NCBI GenBank assembly: GCA_964016885.1
Contig: OZ024765.1
Coordinates: 3,782,001 to 3,846,000 of the forward strand
DNA: 64,000 bases
DNA from: Eledone cirrhosa
Lineage: Eukaryota
Reading direction: 5' to 3'
Each line of letters begins with the position of its first letter. Positions within the stretch are counted from its first letter, which is position 1. The position numbers and the translations under genes were made by a program. The notes under the pieces were generated by a model. The model had not been told where the DNA came from. It saw only the letters and a list, made by a program, of their open reading frames with translations, and searched no databases. Shown here piece by piece: positions 13,640 through 25,857 of the stretch.

Positions 13640-14150
13640 TACAGACTGGAGAGAGGACTTTAAACTGTAGACCTTAAGAAATCTTTCTTGTGTAAATCTA
13701 AATATATTGTCTACCATCATGTACACACTGGAGAGAAGACTTTAAACTGTGAACCTTGAGAAATCTTTATTGTGTAAATCTAAATATATTGTCTACTAAC
13801 ATGTACACACTGGAGGGAAGACTTTACTCTGTGAGCCTTAAGAAATATTTCTTGTGTAAATCTAAATATATTGTCTACCAACATGTACACACTGGAGGGA
13901 AGATTTTAAACTGTAGACCTTGAGAAATATTTCTTATATAAACCTAAATATATTGTCTAACATCATGTACACACTGGAGGGAAGATTTTAAACTGTGAAC
14001 CTTGAGAAATATTCCTTCTGTAAATCTAAATATATTGTCTACCAACATGTACACACTGGAGGGAAGACTTTAAACTGTAAACCTTGAGAAATATTTCTTA
14101 TATAAATCTAAATATATTGTCTACCAAGATATTCACACTGGGGGAAGATT
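13640..14150 (+). repeat. 82-bp tandem repeat (~6 copies) of a dead zinc-finger unit
   Basis: aaatc at 13694, 13776, 13858. Same unit as 2495-2750. Confidence 0.8.
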
Positions 14151-14324
14151 TTAAAATCCACATTAGGGAATAACCCTAATATTGTGAAATATGTGGGAAA
14201 TATTTTATTACTAACACCCATTTAATTAAACACGGAAGAATACACACTGGATAGAAACCTTATCATTGTGAAATATGTGGGAAATCTTTCACAGAAAATT
14301 CTCAACCTTTTATACTACTATTAC

Positions 14325-14570
14325 TATGGCCGAGTTTACACTCACAAAGATTCAGCACGCTTTCTCCAATCGTCCCGGTCAAACATGACATTTCTCAGTT
14401 CATCGACGTTATCAATGTTGGCATCTCTCAGCAGGGTATCAATGAATGAGACGGTCTGTCTTCCCACGTATCTTCGTCCATCTGCCAGTTTCCAGAGCAC
14501 AAGTTGTGATGCCATCTCTTCTGGATGATGTATGCAGTGCCCAGCCAGTTTCAGTTGTCTGCAGGCAACT
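14325..14570 (-). mobile_element. LINE ORF2 3' end (RTE-like)
   Basis: Minus strand reads HPEEMASQLVLWKLADGRRYVGRQTVSFIDTLLRDANIDNVDELRNVMFDRDDWRKR then stop and (TAG)-like tail. Confidence 0.65.
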
Positions 14571-15124
14571 TTTTTTCTTTTTGTTATTCAAAAACATATT
14601 CACACTGGAGAGAAACCATTTCAATGTGGGATATGTGTGAATTCTTTCACTCAGAGCTATCAGCTTTAAATTCCCAAATATGGTCATACAAGAGAGATCT
14701 CTCCATTGTAAAATATGTGGGAAATCAATTCATTGAGTAAGCTAGATGTTGACTTAATACCAGCAATCTTTATTACCTTTCAACAGTTGATCAACTTTCA
14801 GCAAATCGGACCGAGGAAACAATGTTTCTATTGGAGCAACGTAAAATAAAGTGTCTTGCCCAAGGACATAATGCATCACCCGGTCTGGGAATCAAACTCT
14901 CAACCCACGTTTGCGAATCCAATTCTCTAACTAATCTGTCCAGCTTGTTTGTCTACCAGTACATCATGAAAAAATTATACATCTCCTATGTATTTTGTCT
15001 GTAGAGGACATGTTTTGCTTTATGTTATACATAAAACTTTACATATTCGAAATATAATGAAATAAATAGAGATGATATAAAGTATATATATCTTTCATTT
15101 ATTATTATTATTATTATTATTATA

Positions 15125-15362
15125 TGGACATGTGATGCAGATGGAGGATGACCGATGGGTGAAGAAGTGCCAGGAAATGGCACTTAAGTGGTAGAGGTAG
15201 ACCACGAAAAACATGGGCAGAGGTGGTGAGAGCAGATCGCTGAAGCTCACGGTGGAGATGACGAAGGACCGTGACAAGTGGAGAGATGCTGTGCTGAATA
15301 GGACCCATCCCACCCTTGCAAGCAGGGAAAAGCGGACATAAAATGATGATGATGATGATGAT
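15125..15362 (+). mobile_element. RTE-like LINE 3' fragment
   Basis: Homologous to 16810-17060 with (GAT)n tail. Confidence 0.7.
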
Positions 15363-15619
15363 TATAATAATACTCAGGATAAATTTATACCATTGTGTGC
15401 TCCACATCTGCTATTTATAAGAACGAGTTGATTACAAATCAACTAACTCTTTTTTCATTGATTAATACATATATATATGTGTGTGTGTGTGTGTGTATGT
15501 AAAAAGGCAAACAGAAATAACAACACAATCGGTACAGTATATGGCAGGAATCATCATCATCATCGTTTAACGTCTATCTGCCACACTAGCATAGGTTAAC
15601 ACTTGAAATAGCAGGAAGA

Positions 15620-15669
<50 letters not shown>

Positions 15670-16328
15670 ACACATACATACAGTCGGTAAATAAATGCCT
15701 TTTCTATGTTATATATGTAATTGATTCTGACGATTTTTCTGCAAAGGTATTGAAAATAACATCCTTCAGAGAATGAAACATATGTAAATCAAATAAATAA
15801 TATATTGTTGAACCTTGGTGATCTTATTTTGTGTTTATAAATAACCCACTGTCGATAACAAATAGTTCTCCCTGGGTACAAAAGGACGGCTGTAGGACAC
15901 TTGTGTGTGGTGTGTGTTGTATGTAGGTATGTATATATATATATGTGTATGTATGTGTGTGTATATATATGTGTGTGTGTATATATATGTATAACGAACA
16001 GCAGAGGACACGTATCGCTCCTATCTGACAGATAACTCCCCAGTTGATGGATGTGAATCCGAAATATAGGGACAATTAAATCTCTCCCAAGGTAACTCTA
16101 TCTTGTGTTATTATTTTTATTTTTTACGCTCTTTCCTACGTTCTACATACTATACATCTCATTCTACATTCACTTACATCTCTCTCTTCACCACCGGATC
16201 CTGTTACCCGGAGAATTACCCATCTGCATTGTTGAGGCTTCCAAAACAACCTAAAGAATATATATATATATATATATATATATCAAAATAAAGATCTGAA
16301 GGCATGGTATAAATTTTCAATCATTTTA

Positions 16329-16402
16329 ATCATGACGCGTTTCAATAAGAGATAGATCGATCATGTAGCCATGGTCGATTATCACTGAGCTCGTCAGGTG
16401 AA
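16329..16402 (-). ncRNA. Degenerate hammerhead motif with long stem II
   Basis: Minus strand ttcac CTGACGA ... atcgaccatg gcta catgatcgat ... GAAACGCGTC atga. Confidence 0.4.
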
Positions 16403-16809
16403 AATGCATTGTCTTCAAATCCTTGATATGAGGGAGAAAATTAATGGTATCACACATATGAGGGACTAAACACCTTACTATATATATAGTGTAGGAAGTA
16501 CAGTGAAATACCTGTGTTGGTACCAAATCAATCACTCTATGCACAGGCAGAGTGCATATAATAGAAAAAAAAACGAGGAAATTTCGTTTACATATAAAAA
16601 ATATTTAATATGTATCGGCCTGCTAAGTGTGTTTCACAGAGGATTGGCTCAAGGTGATCCATAGGAGTTATGGACCCAATCTGCTCCTCAAACTGGTCAT
16701 GTGACCCAGGATGTATTTTTGTGCTGAAAAGGACCTGTCCAACCCATGCAAGTGTGGAACAATGGACGTTAAAAATGATGATGATTATATATATGCATGT
16801 ACATATATA

Positions 16810-17450
16810 TCATCATCATCATCATTTTACGTCCACTTTTCCCTGCTTACAAGGGTGGGACGGGTCCTATTTAGCACAGCATCTCTCCACTTGTCACGGT
16901 CCTTCGTCATCTCCTCCGTGAGCTTCAGCGATCTGAAGTCTGCTCTCACCACCTCCGCCCATGATTTTTATGGTCTTCCTCTACTGTGTCTTCCTTCTAC
17001 TGGGATTTCTTGGCACTTCTTTACCCAGCGGTCATCCTCCATGCACGTCACAAGTCCATACCATCGCAGTCTTCTCTTCCACACACTACAATTTATTCCT
17101 CTTATACCCAGTTTTTCTCTCAACTCGTCTATGCTTGGTCGTTCACGTACATTGACATTACACATCCAATGGAGCATGCTTGCTTCATTTCTCTCCAGCT
17201 GTCGCATATCCTCCACAGTTGCTGCCCATGTCTCACTACCATGCAGCAACGCGCATCTCATACAGGCATCATATAACCGGCCTTTTGTTCGTAGGGAGAA
17301 ACCTTTTTTTGCCAACAGAGGAAGCAGCACCCTAAACTTCTTCCAACCCGTCCTTATTCTGGAATCTATGGTTTCGGAGCACCCTCCTCTCAAGCTAATC
17401 TGATCACCTAGGTATCAGAAGCTATCAACCACCTCTATAGATGCTACCTG
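16810..17450 (-). mobile_element. RTE-clade LINE, RT C-terminal region and 3' tail
   Basis: ORF 16968-17393 has KGRLYDACMRCALLHGSETW, RRLRWYGLV and GRHSRGRP motifs, preceded by FxYLG. The tail is shared with SINE family A. Confidence 0.85.
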
Positions 17451-17551
17451 CATTTGAAAAATGTGTCTATCACTGCGACTTCTACTGTCAAATTTCCTTG
17501 CACATCTACTGCATATATAGTTTTTCCCTACACACACACACATATATATAT

Positions 17552-17590
<39 letters not shown>

Positions 17591-17617
17591 TATATACATA
17601 TATGTACACATATATAT

Positions 17618-17658
<41 letters not shown>

Positions 17659-17749
17659 TAAATACACACACATATATATATATATATACACACAGATATA
17701 TATATATACATACATATATATATATACACAGATATATATATACATATGG

Positions 17750-18078
17750 AGGCACATGGCTTAGTGGTTAGAGCATTGGCCTTGCAATCGAAAGGTTGTG
17801 AGTTCAATTCTCAGACCGGGTGATGTGTTGTTTCCTTGAGCAAGACACTTTATTTCACATTGCTCCAGTTTATTCAGCTGTAGAAATGAGATGATAGGGA
17901 CTGGGGTCCCTATAATTCTACTGTAAAGTGGTCGTGGAGGTGCCACGGCAAAAAAGCAGCCAGCACACACTGTAAATGAGGTTGGTGTTAGGAAGGGCAT
18001 CCAGCTGTAGAAATCAAGCCAGAATCAGTTCCCGTCCCACCCTTGCAAGCAGGGAAAATGAAATGATGATGATGATGA
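17750..18078 (+). mobile_element. tRNA-derived SINE, family A, full length
   Basis: A-box (tggcttagtggtta) and B-box (gagttcaattc) head, body, RTE-like tail cccacccttgcaagcaggga and (GAT)n. Further copies at 26790-27172, 27226-27556 and 54221-54525 (all -). Confidence 0.85.
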
Positions 18079-18174
18079 TATATATACACAGATATATATA
18101 TATACATGGGTAGGAATCGTTACGAAGAAAACATGGGATAAGGTTGTGACCGACCTTAAAAAACTAAATGATAC

Positions 18175-20855
18175 ACGATATACACACTGCAACCTCTCTA
18201 GTATATATACACGATATATACACCCAGTACACACTGCAACCTCTCTAGTATATATATACACGATATATACACCCAGTACACACTCCAACCTCTCTAGTAT
18301 ATATATACACGATATATACACCCAGTACACACTCCAACCTCTCTAGTATATATATACACGATATATACACCCAGTACACACTCCAACCTCTCTAGTATAT
18401 ATATACACGATATATACACCCAGTACACACTCCAACCTCTCTAGTATATATATACATGATAAATACACCCAGTACACACTGCAACCTCTCTAGTATATAT
18501 ATACATGATATATACACCCAGTACACACTGCAACCTCTCTAGTATATATATATATATACATGATATATACACCCAGTACACACTGCAACCTCTCTAGTAT
18601 ATATACACCCAGTACACACTGAAACCTCTCTAGTATATATACAGGATATATACACCCAGTGCACACTGCAACCTCTCTAGTATATATACACGATATATAC
18701 ACCCAGTGCACACTGCAACCTCTCTAGTATATATACACGATATATACACCCAGTACCCACACTGTAACCTCTCTAGTATATATACACGATATATACACCC
18801 AGTACACACTGCAACCTCTCTAGTATATATATACATGATATATACACCCAGTACACACTGCAACCTCTCTAGTATATATATACACGATATATACACCCAG
18901 TACACACTGCAACCTCTCTAGTATATATACACCCAGTACCCACACTGTAACCTCTCTAGTATATATACACGATATATACACCCAGTACACACTGCAACCT
19001 CTCTAGTATATATACACGATATATACACCCAGTACCCACACTGTAACCTCTCTAGTATATATATACACGACATATACACCCAGTACACACTGCAACCTCT
19101 CTAGTATATATACCCACACTGTAACCTCTCTAGTATATATACACGATATATACACCCAGTACACACTGCAACCTCTCTAGTATATATATACATGATATAT
19201 ACACACGCAACCTCTCTATTATATATATACACGATATATACATCCAGTACACACTGCAACCTCTCTAGTATATATATACACCCAGTACCCACACTGTAAC
19301 CTCTCTAGTATATATATATACACGATATATACACCCAGTACACACTGCAACCTCTCTAGTATATATATACACGATATATACACCCAGTACCCACACTGTA
19401 ACCTCTCTAGTATATATATATACACGATATATACACACAGTAACCTCTCTAGTATATATACACGATATATACACCCAGTACACAGTGTGACCTCTCTAGT
19501 ATATATACACGATATATACACCCAGTACCCACACTGTAACCTCTCTAGTATATATATACACGATATATACACACTGCAACCTATATGTACACAGTGTAAC
19601 CTCTCTATTATATATATACACGATATATACATCCAGTACACAGTGTAACCTTTCTAGTATATATATATATATATAGATGATATATACACCCAGTACACAG
19701 TGTAACCACTCTAGTATACATGATATATACACACTGTAACCTCTCTAGAATATACAAGATATATACACACAGTACACACAATAACCTTTCTAGTGTATAT
19801 ATACACGATATATACACCCAGTAACCTTTCTAGTATATATATATACATATACACGATATATACACCCAATACACACTGTAACCTCTCTAGTATATATATA
19901 TACATGATATATACACCCAGTATACACTGTAAGCTCTCTAGTGTATACACCAGTACTCTGTAACTGCTACAGTATATACATCATATATACACCCAGTACA
20001 CACTGTAACCTCACTATTATATACACACTGTAACTGCTACAGTATATACATGATATATACACCCAGCACACAGTGTAACTTCTATAGTGTATATATACAC
20101 GATATATATACCCAGTATACATTGCAACCTCTCTAGTATATATACAATATATATACCCAGTACACACTATAACCTCACTAGTATATACACGATATATACA
20201 CCCAGTACACACTTTAACGTCACTAGTATATACACGATATATACACCCAGTACACACTGTAACCTCTCTAGTATATACGCGATATATACACCCAATACAT
20301 GATGTAACCTCTCTAGTATATACACCCAGTACACGCTGTAACCTCTCTAGTATATATACACACTTACCTGTCTAGTATATATACACCCAGTACACTCTGT
20401 AACATGTCTAGTATATATATATATACATGATACATACACACTATAACCTCACTAGTATATACACGATATATACACCCGGTACACAGCGTAACTTCTATAG
20501 TATATACACGATATACACACTGTAACCTCTCTAGTATATACATGATATATACACCCAGTAGACAGTGTAACTTCTATAGTATATACACCCAGTACACACT
20601 GTAACCTCTCTAGTGTATACACACTGTAATCTCTCTAGTATATACATGATATATATACGCTGTAACCTCTCTAATATATACACCCAGTACACACTAACCT
20701 CTCTAATATATACATGATATATATATACCCAGTATACGCTGTAACCTCTCTAATATATACACCCAGTACACACTAACCTCTCTAGTATATACACGACATA
20801 TACACACTGTAACTGCTACAGTATATACATGATATATACACCCAGTACACACTAA
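18175..20855. repeat. ~45-bp minisatellite, about 2.7 kb, with variable internal (TA)n
   Basis: Unit acacgatatatacacccagtacacactgcaacctctctagtatatat. Homogeneous on the left, decayed on the right. Confidence 0.9.
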
Positions 20856-21123
20856 GGTTCTCATGTCTCTGACACAACTGAAGGTTTCACCCGACCTTTG
20901 TTTCCCAAGATTTCTACGGCTGGATGTCTTTCCTATCACCAACTATTTTACAGCGTGTATTGGGTGTATATATGGTGTATATACTAGCTCTCTAGTATAT
21001 ACACCATATATACACTCAATACACGCTGTAAAATAGTTGGTGATAGGAAAGACATCCAGCCGTAGAAATCTTGGGAAACAAAGGTCGGGTGAAACCTTCA
21101 GTTGTGTCAGAGACATGAGAACC
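20856..21123. repeat. Near-perfect inverted repeat, 132-bp arms, 4-nt loop
   Basis: 20856-20987 is the reverse complement of 20992-21123, with one mismatch seen. Confidence 0.9.
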
Positions 21124-21263
21124 CCTCATGTGCCCTCCGTAGAACCCGAGTCCGTATGTAAACTAAATGCAGATATTTGACCTGTCTGGGAGGTCAGTAG
21201 CCCCACTTCAGTACTGTGTCCTTCTTAGTAGACTAGTCCAACCATAGCTAGCAGGGAAAGTGG

Positions 21264-22410
21264 ACAAACTACCTGCATCAGTTGTTAGCTGTCGAGACAC
21301 TGCATCCTTTAAAACCTCCATGGAACAAACTCCCTGCATCAGTTGTTAGCTGTCGAGACACTGCATCCTTTAAAACCTCCATGGAACAAACTCCCTGCAT
21401 CAGTTGTTAGCTGTCGAGACACTGCATCCTTTAAAACCTCCATGGAACAAACTCCCTGCATCAGTTGTTAGCTGTCGAGACACTGCATCCTTTAAAACCT
21501 CCATGGAACAAACTCCATGCATCAGTTATTAGCTGTCGAGACACTGCATCCTTTAAAACCTCCATGGAACAAACTCCCTGCATCAGTTGTTAGCTGTCGA
21601 GACACTGCATCCTTTAAAACCTCCATGGAACAAACTCCCTGCATCAGTTGTTAGCTGTCGAGACACTGCATCCTTTAAAACCTCCATGGAACAAACTCCC
21701 TGCATCAGTTGTTAGCTGTCGAGACACTGCATCCTTTAAAACCTCCATGGAACAAACTCCATGCATCAGTTATTAGCTGTCGAGACACTGCATCCTTTAA
21801 AACCACCATGGAACAAACTCCCTGCATCAGTTGTTAGCTGTCGAGACACTGCATCCTTTAAAACCTCCATGGAACAAACTCCCTGCATCAGTTGTTAGCT
21901 GTCGAGACACTGCATCCTTTAAAACCTCCATGGAACAAACTCCATGCATCAGTTATTAGCTGTCGAGACACTGCATCCTTTAAAACCTCCATGGAACAAA
22001 CTCCCTGCATCAGTTGTTAGCTGTCTAGACACTGCATCCTTTAAAACCTCCATGGAACAAACTCCCTGCATCAGTTGTTAGCTGTCGAGACACTGCATCC
22101 TTTAAAACCTCCATGGAACAAACTTCCTGCATCAGTTGTTAGCTGTCGAGACACTGCATCCTTTAAAACCTCCATGGAACAAACTCCCTGCATCAGTTGT
22201 TAGCTGTCGAGACACTGCATCCTTTAAAACCTCCATGCTTCCTGAGATTCGCCAACACTACACCTGATATTCCTCCTCCGTGCACATGTATATCATGACT
22301 CATACACTAATCACTTACCTGACATTTATATATTATTCTATGTACTATACATGCACCTTTGACGAGTTGTAGTGCACCTGAGCACTTTACACAATAATTT
22401 CATTATTAAT
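21264..22410 (+). repeat. 61-bp minisatellite (~16 copies) inside a CR1/L2-type LINE 3' end, followed by its 3' UTR
   Basis: Period of 61. The unit reads WNKLPASVVSCRDTASFKTS. The 3' UTR (gcacctttgacgagttgtagtgcacctgagcac) recurs at about 52940-53030. Confidence 0.85.
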
Positions 22411-23960
22411 AAAGTACCAGTAATGCACTGGGTAATTTGCTGGCCTTGTGCCTAAAGTAGAAACAATTATTAAAATAATAATCATGATAGAGAAATATCA
22501 TGATTATATATATATATATATAACGGGCGGAGCTCAGCCGTCGAGAACCAACTCTTTTCATATATATATATATATATATATAGTGAAACAGTGAAAAATA
22601 ACAAAGTCGGCTGTACAAAAAGTGATTACTTTGAACGATACCTTGTTATCCTATATATATATATATATAGGTGTGTGTGTCACGTATGTTTAAATATATA
22701 TATATATATGTATGTGCGTGTGTGTACTTATATAATTTTTTACGCCCAAAATCTTAGGACTTTAAGTAACATACCTCTAGGTTTTAGACAATGCTAGCAA
22801 TAGCAACGAAATTTCACTCAAATGGATTTTCATAAGTTTTAAAATGGTGGGAATAACAAATATATATAGTTTTCTAAAGATTTCCTTACCTGTATTATTT
22901 CAGTTCATGTTAACAATCATATACTACACATGTTAATGTGTATCTCTGCAAATCTTCTGTAAAAAAATATGCATTTCTTACAAAGATATGCGGAAGCAAA
23001 GACTGAGGGGTTCAATATTTTAAAGTGTTCGGATCATTTTGACCGGGAAATAATTAAGGGAGGTAACTAAGAATTTATTAGTCAAGTAGGAGTTAATTCC
23101 CTTTGAAATTTCTTTAAATTATTTCATCGAAAAATTTTAAACGTTTACATATGTGACAGGGTTAATTTACCTGAGAGAAACAACATATGTATACACATAT
23201 ATATACATACATATATATATATACATACATATATATATCTACATATATATATATGTATATATATATGTACACATATATATATATATGTACACATATATAT
23301 ATACATATATATATATATACACATAAATATATATATACACATATATATATATATACACATATATACATATACACATATATATATACATATACACATACAT
23401 ATATATATACATATATACATACATATATATATACATATATACATACATACATATATATATACATACATACATATATATATATATACATACATATATATAT
23501 ATACATGCATACATACATACATATACATACATGGACACACTAGAAGAGGAAGACCAAGGTTAACGTATGTTGATGCCCTAAGGACAGACATAGTCTGTTG
23601 GAGACGCAGGACATGGCAGCGATAATGAGGGACAGAGACCGCTGGAGAGAACTCGTCCATGGATCTCGGGAATTTTACCCGCCTTAGATATATATATATA
23701 TACATACATATATATACATATATACATATATATATATATACATAATATATAAGATCAAAAGATGGTTAAAAGAGTTCCATGTATTTTTAACCATTTTTTG
23801 ATCTTATATATTATGTATACTCCAGTCCTACAAACTGTAGAGTGCTTCTTATCCGATATCTGCATTGCTTTATTGTACTACAATAAAACTCACCTCCTAC
23901 ATAAATATATACATAAAGTAAAATAAAAAGTCAAATGTTTAAAATTTAGCTTCATTTATT

Positions 23961-24015
23961 ACTGCTATATATATTTCAGTGACAGCCATCTTTGGCTGTG
24001 ACCTCTTCAGGCAGT
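23961..24015 (-). ncRNA. Intact type I hammerhead ribozyme motif with (UA)n stem III, followed by AATAAA
   Basis: Minus strand actgc CTGAAGA GGTCACAGCCA aaga TGGCTGTCACT GAAA TATATA TA gcagt aataaa. Stem I 5 bp, stem II 10 of 11 paired. Confidence 0.8.
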
Positions 24016-24868
24016 CCGAATTAGTGTGGTATAGACAAGTACATTTGTTGTTGAAGTGTTTAATATTGTCAATAATCTGATATGCCCAGTTCCTGGTTGG
24101 GTTGTTATTTCACTGAGGAACTGGAATCATGATTCATATGATTCCATACGGCAATAGCTTACATTTCTAATAATACATACACACTTACACCTCTCCAAGA
24201 CAATGTCACTGGACCGAGACCTTTGGCGGTACTCAGTAACAGAGAAGACCCGCCTCACCTAAATACAAAGTAAAACCTACTAGTCAGTAGGCATCTCTAA
24301 CAAAATACACACCCGTCCCACCCCATCCACACCGCCCCCTTCAATGCAAAGTTATGTTGGTGCCACAACATCCAGGCCGAAACAAACGAGATCGTGTAGG
24401 TGTCACGACAAAAAAACACGCAGTCCACGCTGTAATGTGACCGTGTAGGCAACACGGTAAAAACCTCCCAGCCCCACACTGTAAATGTGGTTGGTGTTAG
24501 GAAGGGCATCCAGCTGTAGAAAACACGCCAGACAGTCCTATGCGAGCAAGACAACCACTCTTGCCTCAAGTGGGAAAACCCCCGTCCAAACCCATGCAAG
24601 CGTGGAAGATGGATGTTAAACGATGATGATGATGATGATATATATACATACATACATTTATTCACATGACCTGATATTTCGAGATTAGTATCTCTTCGAC
24701 TGAGGAAAATACAGGAACTATTCCAGTGTTCGATGTTGCTTGCTATGCCATACTGGCCAGAAGGGGTTTTAATATTTATTTAGCTATTTTAAACTCTTTT
24801 GTATTAAAGTTAAGGTAAAGACAGGTAATGGGAGTTCAGACTGGATTAATTGACCATAATTGTTTATT

Positions 24869-24919
24869 GCATTATATATATTTCTGTTACGAGGTTATGC
24901 ATGTGACTTCATCAGATGC
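24869..24919 (-). ncRNA. Type I hammerhead motif with (UA)n stem III, followed by AATAAA
   Basis: Minus strand gcat CTGATGA a GTCAC...GTAAC a GAAA TATATA TA atgc aataaa. Confidence 0.65.
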
Positions 24920-25081
24920 CTACGCAATCATGGGTGTAGTTATGCAATCATTGGGATATGCTGCTGGCCATGTATAACTACCCTGTTGTGATAGCAGTTT
25001 CGACCTGCTGGTCCACAGCGTCTAGTGGAGTCTCTCCCAGTTCAGCCCTTTCTGACCCAAACAGTCAGTCAGCATCCCAAC

Positions 25082-25295
25082 TTAACCCTTTAGCATTTAC
25101 ATTACTCTATATTTACTATTCTATTTACAAGGTAAAGGGTTTACCTCACATAATATCAAATATAAGATTTTGATATTATTTATTTTGTAAATAATACCTT
25201 AACATCAGTATGAGTGGCCAGTTACAGCCAGTTTGAACAGAAAGAGGTGAGAGAATTCTGGCCGAATACGGCCGGTTTGAATGCTAAAGGGTTAA
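25082..25295. mobile_element. piggyBac-type MITE (single-unit form)
   Basis: TTAA-CCCTTTAGCATT ... AATGCTAAAGGG-TTAA. Confidence 0.85.
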
Positions 25296-25693
25296 TAGAT
25301 GCACATGGAAAAAAATGGACATTAAAAGATGTATATATCATCATCATCATATTTTAACGTCCATCTTCCACGCTTGCATGGGTTTGGACGGGAGTTTTCC
25401 CACTTGAGGCAAGAGTGGTCGTCTTGCTCGCATAGGACTGTCTGGCGGGTTTTCTACAGCTGGATGCCCTTCCTAACACCAACCACGTTTACAGTGTGGG
25501 GCTGGGAGGTTTTTACCGTGTTGCCTACATGGCCACATTACAGCGTGGACTGTGTGTTTTTTTGTCGTGACACTTACACGACCTCATTTATTTAGGACTG
25601 GATGTTGTGGTACCAACATAACTATATAAGATATATATGGGACAAATCTGTCTAGCCCATGCTAGTGTGGAAGATGGATGTTAAGCGATGATG

Positions 25694-25730
<37 letters not shown>

Positions 25731-25806
25731 CTCTTCATAAATCTGAATCTCCTCTTTCAACAAATGTAATGTAATAAATTATTAGTGTTACTAAAAGAAC
25801 ATATAT

Positions 25807-25857
<51 letters not shown>

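Noticed and set aside
17750-17820. tRNA-like sequences at SINE heads
   Set aside because: No closed acceptor stem, and they continue into SINE body and tail.
21264-22237. CRISPR-like regular arrays (also 9090-9872, 35660-36655 and 56027-56870)
   Set aside because: No unique spacers, no cas genes, eukaryotic context; ordinary tandem repeats.
24112-24740. CTGAGGA hairpins at ~24113 and ~24700 and a GAGAT/ATCTC-GAAA half motif at ~24670
   Set aside because: Each lacks half of the catalytic core; at most decayed relics.
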